A stretch of 64,000 nucleotides of DNA. Origin: a virus. The stretch covers positions 1 through 64,000 of the IMG/VR virus record IMGVR_UViG_3300032285_004900. One strand, given 5' to 3'. Within the stretch, counting starts at the first letter, position 1. Each line of letters starts with the position of its first letter. Positions 55,620 through 64,000 of this stretch are shown piece after piece. Under the pieces are notes generated by a model. That model had not been told where the DNA came from. It saw only the letters and a program-made list of their open reading frames with translations, and did not search any database. The translations under genes and the position numbers were made by a program.

Positions 55620-56471
55620 TTAGTCTAAAGATTCTCCACAACTTGGACAGAACTTCCAGCTTGATTTCTTGATTCTAGTACCGCATCCTGGACAGTATGA
55701 TCTGATCTCTGAAACCTCTACTGGTTTTGTTGATCTTGGCATTATCTGATATTCAGAAACGCTTTCATACGAAGAGCTATAAGATCCATAGTCTGACCCG
55801 AAAGTTTGATCTGATGCTTCTCCCTTCTCAACTCTGCCGGTCTCTAAGCTACCTGCAATGTTCATATTCAAACTTTGGTTTGATGAACTAGAGCTGTAGG
55901 AAGTGGCTGATCCTGAACCTGCAGAATAAGTTGATGTGTTATAGATAGCTGAGGTTCCTACTGATGTAGTTGTAAAACCGTTATTGTATAGCGGGGTGGT
56001 GTTAATAGTATATGTTCCTATTCCTCCTGTGTTGTTTAATGTTGTGTTTAAACCGCTTCCGTAATAGGTCCAAGTGCATCCGCCATACCATAGAGGAGGG
56101 GTCTGCTCTGGGTAAAATTCAACTCTGATCTTTCCGTTGCTCTCAATAGCTTTCTTAACCTCATTGGTGTCTTCCACCTCATAGGTTGAAAAAACCAGCT
56201 TTCTTTTTTCGTCAATAAATCGATCCAAGAAATATCTCTGTCCTGGTCTTATAACCAATCCTGATGTGCTGACTGATTTACCATTCAAGTAGATCTTAGT
56301 TAAGTAAGATTTTTCTGTGGGATTGAAAAGTTCGATTTGGAATTCTTGATCGTTGTCAAGATAGACCTTGTCTGTTCCGTAGATCTTTTGTCTACTGTTT
56401 GATACTGCTACCCAAGCTTGGGGTTGTGGCGTGGAGTTACTCGACACGCCGGAAGTGTTGTTCTTCTTCAT
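55620..56471 (-). CDS. S/T/G/Y-rich protein with C-terminal double zinc ribbon
   Basis: CPGCGTRIKKSSWKFCPSCG at the C-terminus. Confidence 0.45.
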   Translation of the reverse strand: MKKNNTSGVSSNSTPQPQAWVAVSNSRQKIYGTDKVYLDNDQEFQIELFNPTEKSYLTKIYLNGKSVSTSGLVIRPGQRYFLDRFIDEKRKLVFSTYEVEDTNEVKKAIESNGKIRVEFYPEQTPPLWYGGCTWTYYGSGLNTTLNNTGGIGTYTINTTPLYNNGFTTTSVGTSAIYNTSTYSAGSGSATSYSSSSSNQSLNMNIAGSLETGRVEKGEASDQTFGSDYGSYSSSYESVSEYQIMPRSTKPVEVSEIRSYCPGCGTRIKKSSWKFCPSCGESLD

Positions 56472-56603
56472 TTTTACCTTGTTTTTTTTAAAATCCCTTT
56501 GCTGCTCTTTCGAACTGCTCTAAGGCCTGAATGACCCGGGACACTAAGTATAAGGGTAAACCTAATACGTGATTTATATATTCAATTGCCTGTTTTGTTT
56601 CAA

Positions 56604-57071
56604 CTACCAGTTGGAATCATCCTCGTCATCATAATCTGGATAGTAATTGCTAGTGTAGAAATCTTCATCTGGATCTTCCCAAGAGTCATCTTCAGGGAAG
56701 AAATCGGTCTTAGGCGTATTCATAGCGGACTCCTTCCATTCCTTGCCATCCTTATACCAAATATAAGTCAGTATTGGTTTTATAGAGTAGAATTCTATCT
56801 TAGAATCATTAGACCATCCGCCTTTGATTAGATTGTCTATCTCCTTCATCATATCTTCTATATCAATTGAAAGATCAACATCAAATGGAATGCTGTCAAT
56901 ATAGATCTCAATATAGCCGTTGAAGTTGATTTCTATTACCTCCGCAAAGATCTGGTATATGTGGGGGAAATCCTCATTAGCCTCAATTTCATTTTTTATT
57001 AACCCAAGCTCCTCCTTTGTAAATTTTCTATTTGATATGAGCTCGGCATTAAAAGAATAGTTGGATTTCAT
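56604..57071 (-). CDS. Acidic hypothetical protein
   Basis: ORF with a DYDDEDDSNW tail. Confidence 0.4.
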   Translation of the reverse strand: MKSNYSFNAELISNRKFTKEELGLIKNEIEANEDFPHIYQIFAEVIEINFNGYIEIYIDSIPFDVDLSIDIEDMMKEIDNLIKGGWSNDSKIEFYSIKPILTYIWYKDGKEWKESAMNTPKTDFFPEDDSWEDPDEDFYTSNYYPDYDDEDDSNW

Positions 57072-57113
57072 TTATGGTTTTAATTCTATATAACCAAACA
57101 AGAGATTGTTTTT

Positions 57114-57446
57114 TTAGCCCTCTTGTAAGTCAACATCTACCGATCCATCCTGCTCGAGCATTTTCAAAGTTGGTTCTGTGATTTCTCTTGCGTAGATCTT
57201 AAAGCTTCTGCCATCTCTATCTTTGAATTCGATAGTGCTCGATGAGTTGGGGGAAAGCTTTATAGAAAGATCACCAGGCTCTTCGGGATTGTTGCACCAA
57301 GCAAAAACTGTTGGCTCTCCTTTGTCAAATTGGAAGACCCATTCGGCTTGTTTAAATTGAACCACCTCTTGGTTTATTCCTAAGTTCATTGATGATATCA
57401 GTGTCTCGTTTGAACCACTTAGATCGAATACGTTTTCGTTTTCCAT
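57114..57446 (-). CDS. Hypothetical protein
   Basis: ORF. Confidence 0.4.
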   Translation of the reverse strand: MENENVFDLSGSNETLISSMNLGINQEVVQFKQAEWVFQFDKGEPTVFAWCNNPEEPGDLSIKLSPNSSSTIEFKDRDGRSFKIYAREITEPTLKMLEQDGSVDVDLQEG

Positions 57447-57447
57447 T

Positions 57448-58023
57448 TTAAATAAAATTTGTACAGAAAGTTTTTCTGTGATGTTTAGATATTCCTATTT
57501 CTTTTATTGCTTTAATATGATCTGGTGTTCCATATCCCATATTTTTCTCCCACAGATATTCTGGAAATTCTGGCGACATAGATTGCATTAATCTATCTCT
57601 GTGAACCTTAGCTAAGATAGAAGCAGCTGAGATGCAAAGCACCTTTGAATCTCCCTTAATTACACATTCATATGGTATTCCTTTATGACCCGGAAATTTA
57701 TCCCCGTCGATATAAAGGAAATCTGGGATTTGTCCGCAGGCATCTATAGCTCTTTTCATAGCTAAGAATGTTGCCTGCAGAATATTGATCTGATCAATCT
57801 CCTGCGGTGAGCTTTCACCTATACCCCAACTAATTGCATTCTCTTTAATGACCTTTTCTATCTCCTCTCTCTTTTTTTGGCTCTTGATAGCCTTGCTGTC
57901 CTTTATCCTTGGGTCTTTAAAATCAGGAGGAAGTATCACAGCAGCAGCAACAACTGGACCGCTGAGGCATCCCCTGCCCACTTCATCAACACCTGCTATC
58001 ATTTTATATTTTAATAGATCCAT
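57448..58023 (-). CDS. rnhB: Ribonuclease HII
   Basis: IAGVDEVGRGCLSGPVV (catalytic DE-G-RG box) and the overall RNase HII length and layout. Confidence 0.8.
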   Translation of the reverse strand: MDLLKYKMIAGVDEVGRGCLSGPVVAAAVILPPDFKDPRIKDSKAIKSQKKREEIEKVIKENAISWGIGESSPQEIDQINILQATFLAMKRAIDACGQIPDFLYIDGDKFPGHKGIPYECVIKGDSKVLCISAASILAKVHRDRLMQSMSPEFPEYLWEKNMGYGTPDHIKAIKEIGISKHHRKTFCTNFI

Positions 58024-58035
58024 AGATTTTAATTA

Positions 58036-58215
58036 TTAGAAAACACCCTGATTCTCGTCTTCCTCACTTTTAGATTTAGAGTATTTCTGTAATATCCAGG
58101 AGACCTCTGTTTCTGTTTCTTTACCTTCTAATCCCGCCTCAACGACATCATATTTTTTGAATCCGCAATCAAATGCTTTACACATTAGTTCAAAAACTTC
58201 TTTCTCTGTGTACAT
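58036..58215 (-). CDS. Small hypothetical protein (59 aa)
   Basis: Hand-translated: MYTEKEVFELMCKAFDCGFKKYDVVEAGLEGKETETEVSWILQKYSKSKSEEDENQGVF. It fills the gap between rnhB and the next gene. Confidence 0.35.
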   Translation of the reverse strand: MYTEKEVFELMCKAFDCGFKKYDVVEAGLEGKETETEVSWILQKYSKSKSEEDENQGVF

Positions 58216-58218
58216 TTT

Positions 58219-59778
58219 TTATGGTTTAAGAGTTGTGAATTCTCCTTTAATAAAATTGATATGCTGAGCCTTAGAATCTTCATGGATGATAACATGGGAG
58301 TGAAGCCATCCGCTTGGACCTAGATTATAGTTTACTCTCAGCTTAGTTGAGGTCCCAACAGCTAAAGCTCCATCCTTTCTTCCTGGTGAGTGGTAGTGGC
58401 CAACAACTATCTTAGTGTTCAACTTTCTGAATTGTAAAAGAGATCCTCTGGTTCCATTCGATCCGATATCTCCATGCTGTCCTAACTCCCAGCCATTAAC
58501 AACATAGCTGTCACTTCTGCCTAGAGTTTTGAATTTAGGATATCTCTTATTGATCAGATATGGTATAACCCCGTTTGGTGCTTCACCCTTAAGAAGTAAA
58601 GCACTGTACTCCATATACTCTAAAGAGTTCTTTAGTGTTCCAGCTTTTCTCCAATCTGTAGATTTCAACCATCTATCTAAGAAGTCATCGTGATTACTTC
58701 TAACCACAACCACATTATACTTTTCAAAATCTTTAAGACCGTTGAGCATTTGATCAACCTCGTTTCTTAAAGAGTTGGTTCCATCCATCTCTCTCTTATA
58801 TTGAATAAAAGGATCATTAGACTCGTGATGATTTATAGAAAGACCATCGAAGACATCATGAAGAACTAGATGATCAGGTTTTAGATCCTTAAGCATCTCA
58901 ATAGTCTTGCCTATAATTCTTTCGTCATGCTGTCCGTAGTGGAGATCTCCAAGAACGGCAGCAGCCAACTTTTTAACTTTAGTGACCTTGCCATTTTGAA
59001 CTCTGTTGTAAAGATCTGTGAAGCTTCCGTCGTCAGTTGCTGTTACCTGTCTAACAAAGAAAACTGAGGAGTCTTTTATTTCAACAACCACAAAACCAAG
59101 AACGTGATGAAATTCACCCTTCTTACCTGCTTTGGAGTCTGTGTAATTTCTAAGAGTACAAGCTCCTGTCGTTAGCATTAGTTTAGGTAGACTACCTTCT
59201 AGAACTGGGATTGTCTCCATTTGACTTTTTGGTGATCCAAAAACGCAAGAGTTAATACCGCTCATGCCTTCAAGGCCTGTCATTGGATTCACTGCAGTAG
59301 GTTGGATTTTAATATCTGACATGATCCACATGTGCTTATGAATTTCGTGACGTCCAGCATCTAAATATTGCTCTATTCTTTCTGACCAGGCCTCACAGCT
59401 CGTGTCGGTTGAAACTGAAGTTGGATTTTTATATCTTCCTGCTATGACATGAACAGATGCGTCTATGTGCTTAGCATAAGCCTCTAAGTTGGTAACAAAG
59501 TCGTCATGAACCTGTGTGTCATTCTGAGCCCAAGTGATAATAAATCTTTTCTTCTTCTTATCAAACTTCTTCTCCTTTGCTTTTAAATACTGTGGAGATT
59601 CAACTAATGCTTTTTCTGTTATTCCTAATTTAGAAATCCAGGCTTGAACTGTCCTCTCAGATTTGCCTAGATATTTACTAAGCTCTTTCATTCTTTCGTC
59701 CCAGCTAAGATCTCGATTCCAATATATGCTCGATAGATCCGATATTTGTTCTGGTGATAAATCTTCAAACTTCATCAT
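58219..59778 (-). CDS. HTH-containing calcineurin-like metallophosphoesterase (519 aa)
   Basis: N-terminal ERTVQAWISKLGI is helix-turn-helix-like. The C-terminal half has ordered phosphoesterase motifs GDLHYG, LHDVFDG, SNHDDF and GHYH. Confidence 0.5.
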   Translation of the reverse strand: MMKFEDLSPEQISDLSSIYWNRDLSWDERMKELSKYLGKSERTVQAWISKLGITEKALVESPQYLKAKEKKFDKKKKRFIITWAQNDTQVHDDFVTNLEAYAKHIDASVHVIAGRYKNPTSVSTDTSCEAWSERIEQYLDAGRHEIHKHMWIMSDIKIQPTAVNPMTGLEGMSGINSCVFGSPKSQMETIPVLEGSLPKLMLTTGACTLRNYTDSKAGKKGEFHHVLGFVVVEIKDSSVFFVRQVTATDDGSFTDLYNRVQNGKVTKVKKLAAAVLGDLHYGQHDERIIGKTIEMLKDLKPDHLVLHDVFDGLSINHHESNDPFIQYKREMDGTNSLRNEVDQMLNGLKDFEKYNVVVVRSNHDDFLDRWLKSTDWRKAGTLKNSLEYMEYSALLLKGEAPNGVIPYLINKRYPKFKTLGRSDSYVVNGWELGQHGDIGSNGTRGSLLQFRKLNTKIVVGHYHSPGRKDGALAVGTSTKLRVNYNLGPSGWLHSHVIIHEDSKAQHINFIKGEFTTLKP

Positions 59779-59913
59779 TTAATTGGGTTTATTTATTTGA
59801 TTATATCTATATAAAAAATAAAGGTTTCGAACACAGTCCGAAACCTAAGGTTATAAAAAGTTCTATTTTAAACGATTGTAAATATCCACCAATAAAGATT
59901 GTGGTGTTAAAAA

Positions 59914-60174
59914 TTACTGAACTACTGATTCACCTGTAGCTCCTGTGGTTTTAAAAAATGTTTTGCTCTCTATCTCTTTTTCTAGCTCTTCAAAAAATCC
60001 TTTCACAAACATGCACTTCTCATACTCCTCCGTCTGCTCATAATAAGCAAGAAGCGAATTCCTGATTTTATCTTTCTTAGGAAGAAGTCTTTCTGACAGA
60101 ATACTGTTAACCCCATACTTCTTCATCGTACTTATAGCATTCTCGAAAATTGTTCTATCTAAGTTCTTATCCAA
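59914..60174 (-). CDS. Hypothetical protein
   Basis: ORF. Confidence 0.35.
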   Translation of the reverse strand: MDKNLDRTIFENAISTMKKYGVNSILSERLLPKKDKIRNSLLAYYEQTEEYEKCMFVKGFFEELEKEIESKTFFKTTGATGESVVQ

Positions 60175-60376
60175 TGTGGGTAATATTATTTTCCTTATTT
60201 ATACGATCGATGTTGTCTAAAATTTCTAGAAGATCGCTACATTTTTCATAATCCTCAAAATACTCAAAAGTTTTAATGCAGTCTAATATCTCCTCACGAT
60301 CGCCGGCCTGGAGTCTTATGATCGAAGAATATCTGATCAAATTTTCAGCATATATCTCTATCTCATCGGCCTTCAT
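60167..60376 (-). CDS. Hypothetical protein
   Basis: ORF. Confidence 0.35.
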   Translation of the reverse strand: MKADEIEIYAENLIRYSSIIRLQAGDREEILDCIKTFEYFEDYEKCSDLLEILDNIDRINKENNITHIG

Positions 60377-60389
60377 AAAATTCTCTTAT

Positions 60390-60818
60390 TTAGTGATTGA
60401 CACCGAAAAGAATCTTCAACGCTATAGCTATTATAGCTCCGAATATAATCCATAGGGCTTTATTAACCCCGGATTGCCATTTCTTTAGATCCTCTAGTGC
60501 AACTTTATTTGACATGTACTCATCATAACGGTCTTCCTCCTGAATCCTAAATTTAGTGTTTTCGTTAACTTTAACTATTACACCATCATCAGGATCCAAA
60601 AGTTTCCTTTTGAGCTCTGAAAGATCATCTTTCATCTCTTTAAAATTTTTACGCATTTCTTCCATGCCGTCCTGCATATGCTTAAGTTCCCCATTGGGAA
60701 TCTTAGATTTAAGGGTGTTAAGCTCCTCCAAAATCTGCTTCATGAGAAGCGATTGTGTGATATCCCTTTCGTTTTCCATGTCTTTCAGGTTAATTTTTGC
60801 CCAATTTCCGAAAGACAC
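60390..60818 (-). CDS. Coiled-coil protein with C-terminal TM
   Basis: ORF. Confidence 0.4.
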   Translation of the reverse strand: MSFGNWAKINLKDMENERDITQSLLMKQILEELNTLKSKIPNGELKHMQDGMEEMRKNFKEMKDDLSELKRKLLDPDDGVIVKVNENTKFRIQEEDRYDEYMSNKVALEDLKKWQSGVNKALWIIFGAIIAIALKILFGVNH

Positions 60819-60840
60819 ATTATATATCTTTAAAGGTGAA

Positions 60841-61065
60841 TCACTTAAGAGTTTTATCAGGAGGAAATTCTAGTATTATGTCAGAGGAATAGCTCGAAAG
60901 AATATCGAAGAGCTCAGGATGTCCATTAACGAGGAATATGCCATAGAACTTATCACCTCTGGGACAAATCTCATCGGTTATAATCTCGGCAGCGAAGTGT
61001 GAAATAAAGGAGCATGCATCCACATGCCCCTTTGGATTCAAAGATTTAATATAGAAAGTAAGCAA
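60841..61065 (-). CDS. Hypothetical protein
   Basis: ORF. Confidence 0.35.
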   Translation of the reverse strand: MLTFYIKSLNPKGHVDACSFISHFAAEIITDEICPRGDKFYGIFLVNGHPELFDILSSYSSDIILEFPPDKTLK

Positions 61066-61066
61066 T

Positions 61067-61342
61067 TTACTCTTTATTAAGAATTTTTTTAGATATTACA
61101 GAGCTGTCAAGCATGTAGTACTTGCCATCAGTGTCTTTAACCAACATTAACATGGCATCAATCGAGCCAATAAGTGTTAAACTTTTATCCTCGTGTTCAA
61201 AAACAGATCCAAGATGTTCAACCTCTAACTGTGATCTTCTGATGAATTTGGTTTGATTCCTCTCATATAGGGACTTATAGTATTCAACTAAGTCCTTAGA
61301 GGGTTCTCTCATTGGTCTGAGTTTGTGCTCTTTTTGTTCCAT
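61067..61342 (-). CDS. Hypothetical protein
   Basis: ORF. Confidence 0.4.
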   Translation of the reverse strand: MEQKEHKLRPMREPSKDLVEYYKSLYERNQTKFIRRSQLEVEHLGSVFEHEDKSLTLIGSIDAMLMLVKDTDGKYYMLDSSVISKKILNKE

Positions 61343-61498
61343 TTTATTTCTATTTTATTTTTTTCTATTAAATTGCTGTACTCTTGATATAAAGATCTGA
61401 GCTTTCTCCCTAGATCCCAATCATTTGGGGTTTCTCTTATAATTGCAGAGATGGCTTCGTCTAATTTGATTTTATTGCTTTCCATATCTATTTAAGTT

Positions 61499-61717
61499 TT
61501 AAAGGGCTTCTATTTCTTGTTTTACCTGAAACCAATATTCAATGGTTGTTTTATCGTGATATTCTGCAAACGTTAATCCTTCATCTTCAAGTATATCTAT
61601 TATTTCATCTACTGCTATTAAAGCACAATTTTTATGATCTAGAAGTGTTGTTTGATTTATAGGAAGTATTCTACTGTGCTTGGCTACTAATTCAAATGCT
61701 TTTTCTTTTGGCGTCAT
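61499..61717 (-). CDS. Small protein, paralog A (MTPKEKAFEL...CALIAVDEIID)
   Basis: Shares its N-terminus and a CALIAVDEII core with 61866-62084. Confidence 0.45.
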   Translation of the reverse strand: MTPKEKAFELVAKHSRILPINQTTLLDHKNCALIAVDEIIDILEDEGLTFAEYHDKTTIEYWFQVKQEIEAL

Positions 61718-61865
61718 ATTACTTTTGATTTATAAATGAATCCGAAGTTAAATAGGAAACAGAATAACGTCCACCTGTATCCCATCCTATCATTACCTAT
61801 TCTCATTAGGTTCATCTCTATTAGATTAAACCCTCGCTTACCCCATCTGTTTTGAAATTCTATGT

Positions 61866-62084
61866 TCATAAGCTTTGTATTTCTTTTTTTACATCTTTCC
61901 AATAGTTAACATTTTCATAGGTTCTATTACCTAAAAATGGGTCTGAAAGTTCAGATGTTGGATTTGAATTAATTATTTCATCTACTGCTATCAATGCACA
62001 ATTTTTAGCTGTTGATGGATAAATGTTTGAGTGTTGAGTATACATTTTTTTATATAGCTCTTCTGCTTTTTCCTTTGATGTCAT
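61866..62084 (-). CDS. Small protein, paralog B (MTSKEKAEEL...CALIAVDEIIN)
   Basis: Tandem paralog of 61499-61717. Confidence 0.45.
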   Translation of the reverse strand: MTSKEKAEELYKKMYTQHSNIYPSTAKNCALIAVDEIINSNPTSELSDPFLGNRTYENVNYWKDVKKEIQSL

Positions 62085-62100
62085 TATTATTTGTTTTAAT

Positions 62101-62877
62101 CTATATTCTAGATTGTCTTAAAATTCCCTTCTCGCTATTAAAACAGTGTAGGGACACTATATGCATAGCAAAATACCCAGGTTTAACGTCTTTCCAGCGC
62201 TCATAATCACGTCCTTTAAGTTGAGCTAAGATCCACATCAGTTTTCTGCAAGCGAGGTAAATATCATCCCTAAAATGCCTTATGTAGTCACAAGATCTAA
62301 TAAAGTAGGATATATGAAAATTATCACCTCTTCTCATAAAATGATATCCTATAGTGCAAGGGACTCTTTCGCCATGGGATGTTCCAGTGTCCTCCGGAAA
62401 CCAGATAGGTAAAAAAGCCTGTCTGGTAAAGGGTTCTCTTTCCAATAGATCTACAACATCACCCAAATCACCATAGTCAAATCTTATGCCAGAGAGCTTA
62501 GTGCCCGGATCTTCTCCGGCATACTTAGGCCAGATCCTTTCTGGGTAGGTGTGAGAGAATTTCTCTTCCTTCTTAAACTTTTCATTCTTCTTCTGGTTAA
62601 ATGGCCACCACTCATTCGATGGCGGGGGATTTAGAGGTAGACCTCCAATTCTCTCCTCAAAATGGTCATTCGCCCAGGGTAGATTTGGCTTAATCTCTTT
62701 TACCATCTCTTCAACGGAGTCTGGAATAAAGAACTGAAAAGAATGGTTCATGGTTTCCCACATATCATCTGGAGATTCTATTCCTTGCCATCTTTCGGTC
62801 TTAACAACATAACCGTGATCGTGCAATCTCTCTTTGGTCCATTTTATTGCATCGCTTGGTTTATAGAAGGTCTTCAT
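62101..62877 (-). CDS. Thymidylate-synthase-fold enzyme, divergent (ThyA-like or pyrimidine C5-hydroxymethylase-like)
   Basis: The C-terminal half aligns by eye with ThyA: VPCTIGYHF (nucleophile Cys, PCH in ThyA), ISYFIRSCDY (YQRSCD phosphate-binding box) and KLMWILAQL (ALLVHMMAQ). The N-terminal half is divergent. Confidence 0.5.
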   Translation of the reverse strand: MKTFYKPSDAIKWTKERLHDHGYVVKTERWQGIESPDDMWETMNHSFQFFIPDSVEEMVKEIKPNLPWANDHFEERIGGLPLNPPPSNEWWPFNQKKNEKFKKEEKFSHTYPERIWPKYAGEDPGTKLSGIRFDYGDLGDVVDLLEREPFTRQAFLPIWFPEDTGTSHGERVPCTIGYHFMRRGDNFHISYFIRSCDYIRHFRDDIYLACRKLMWILAQLKGRDYERWKDVKPGYFAMHIVSLHCFNSEKGILRQSRI

Positions 62878-63406
62878 TTATGTGGTTCTTTATTTTATTA
62901 TATTCTTGTTTATCGAAATAGTTCTTTAGAGCATCTTGGAATCTTTCATCATTTGTAGGAGAAGGTGCTTGCTTCTTCTCTTGCTTGGCTTTTGCCGTCT
63001 TAAAATTATCATACACCTCAGACAGAAAGGATTTCTCGTTGGTTGATATTATATGCTCTATCTCTTTCATATCGTTTTCTAGTCTAGCCTTAGCACAATT
63101 TATAATTTCCTCGCCAACCCCGTCTCTCATAGTGGTGGTGAAGAAGAATTTATGGTTAGTGATACTAATAGAGTACAGATCGAAAATGACTATAATTTTT
63201 TTATCCTTAGTGTAGGCATAAACTTTTGATGATAGAGGACTGTAAAAAACTCTAACCGTTTTTTCGTCGAGCAAAGATTTTACCGTCTTTATTAGTAATA
63301 TGTCCTGCGATGACTTTGGTGTTTTCATAATTCCAACACCATAGCTTATTCCTCTAAAAAATCTGATAGTCTTAACCTTTATTCTTCTTCTAAAAGAGTC
63401 AAACAT
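62861..63406 (-). CDS. Hypothetical protein
   Basis: ORF. Confidence 0.4.
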   Translation of the reverse strand: MFDSFRRRIKVKTIRFFRGISYGVGIMKTPKSSQDILLIKTVKSLLDEKTVRVFYSPLSSKVYAYTKDKKIIVIFDLYSISITNHKFFFTTTMRDGVGEEIINCAKARLENDMKEIEHIISTNEKSFLSEVYDNFKTAKAKQEKKQAPSPTNDERFQDALKNYFDKQEYNKIKNHINEDLL

Positions 63407-63469
63407 TTTGTGGGTTTTATATTTAAGGATGTAAACATAATGAGATATCCCGGGAAATATCAGATATCC

Positions 63470-64000
63470 TTACAGAAATATAATCTCATTCGTTTCGGGA
63501 TTCCAATCAATGGTGAAAGGTTTGTGTGAGTAGTTATATCTTTCATCTAAAACTGAGGCATTAAAATAGTGGGTTTGCCCATCATAATAGTAGCCATAGC
63601 CTGAATGGATATGTCCACAGACGTGAATCTTAGGTCTAGCTATAGTGTTGATTCTTTTTTCTAGCAGCTCGCACCCTAAGTGTATTCCTCTACGACCTTC
63701 AACGTCATCAAGTTTACCGTATGCAGGTCCATGTGTAATCAGGATATCGGTATCCCATGGAATCTGATTCCAAACATATTCTAATTCATGTCCGTTCTTA
63801 GGAAGATTGAAAGCCCAATTAAAAAATTCAGGCTGCCAGGGAGAACCCCAGATCTTAACCATTTTTGAATAATCCTCGCTTCCTTCTTCCCCTATGCATA
63901 GGAGATCATCCTTTAGATAATCTATGGTCTTATATGAATTCACTATTTCTATAGCTCTCTCCACGTTGTCCTGAAATCCCCAGTCATGATTACCTGCTAT
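63470..64000 (-). CDS. Calcineurin-like metallophosphoesterase, 5'-truncated by window edge
   Basis: The minus-strand frame stays open through position 64000 (IAGNHDWGFQDN...), giving a GNHD motif upstream of the track start. Downstream are ILITHGP and VCGHIHSGYG. Confidence 0.55.
   Translation of the reverse strand: MAGNHDWGFQDNVERAIEIVNSYKTIDYLKDDLLCIGEEGSEDYSKMVKIWGSPWQPEFFNWAFNLPKNGHELEYVWNQIPWDTDILITHGPAYGKLDDVEGRRGIHLGCELLEKRINTIARPKIHVCGHIHSGYGYYYDGQTHYFNASVLDERYNYSHKPFTIDWNPETNEIIFL

Noticed and set aside
61714-61902. ORF 61714-61902 between the tandem paralogs
   Set aside because: It spans the non-coding spacer and overlaps both flanking genes. The translated sequence is low-complexity with no start context.
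1-64000. CRISPR array or other long tandem repeat
   Set aside because: No regularly spaced direct repeats were seen. The repetitive amino-acid stretches (A/E/K-rich 32594-32932, acidic 54172-54636, P/A-rich 27400-27500) are low-complexity coding, not DNA repeat arrays.
1-64000. The window being an ordinary bacterial chromosomal region or a symbiont genome
   Set aside because: Several features argue against it: homing endonucleases inserted between housekeeping-like genes, extreme strand bias, runs of tiny orphan ORFs, multiple lysins, a shared non-host promoter box, and the absence of ribosomal, tRNA-synthetase or central-metabolism operons. An integrated prophage or other mobile element cannot be excluded, because no flanking host genes or att sites are visible.

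Overview
This 64-kb window is AT-rich and very gene-dense. About 85% of coding capacity is on the minus strand, and neighbouring genes often overlap by a few codons or are separated by very short spacers. I found no rRNA, CRISPR array, integrase or transposase.

The gene content points to a large (jumbo-type) bacteriophage or phage-like element of a Bacteroidota (Flavobacteriia-like) host. Evidence for a phage:
- A GIY-YIG homing endonuclease with NUMOD3-like repeats and an HNH-like protein sit between housekeeping-like genes.
- There are long runs of small orphan ORFs and at least three peptidoglycan hydrolases.
- There are phage-style auxiliary genes: SmpB, ClpP, thioredoxin, RNase HII, methylglyoxal synthase, S-adenosylmethionine decarboxylase, a class-I glutamine amidotransferase, a 5'(3')-deoxyribonucleotidase-like HAD protein and a thymidylate-synthase-fold enzyme.

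Evidence for the host: a 727-aa secreted protein ends in a typical Bacteroidota type IX secretion (T9SS) C-terminal sorting domain.

The most notable items:
- A strongly conserved GGATATATAAAG promoter-like box sits directly upstream of start codons of at least 13 genes on both strands.
- Two tandem tRNA-like genes have a perfect T-arm and acceptor stem but are roughly twice normal tRNA length.
- A complete two-component pair is encoded: a double-PAS sensor histidine kinase plus a receiver-only response regulator.
- An Rnl-type RNA ligase is fused to an N-terminal tRNA-binding-type OB domain and sits next to a HAD nucleotidase-like gene and mgsA.
- An adjacent SmpB-ClpP-GIY-YIG block has no tmRNA gene visible.
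- An envelope-modification cluster (two outer-membrane beta-barrels, an LpxH-like phosphoesterase, a GT2 glycosyltransferase, then a thioesterase and a TylF-type methyltransferase) is interrupted by the tRNA-like genes.
- A secreted non-specific nuclease lies beside a hyper-acidic protein.

All functional calls come from motifs I can read in the translated ORFs. None has been verified by a database search.
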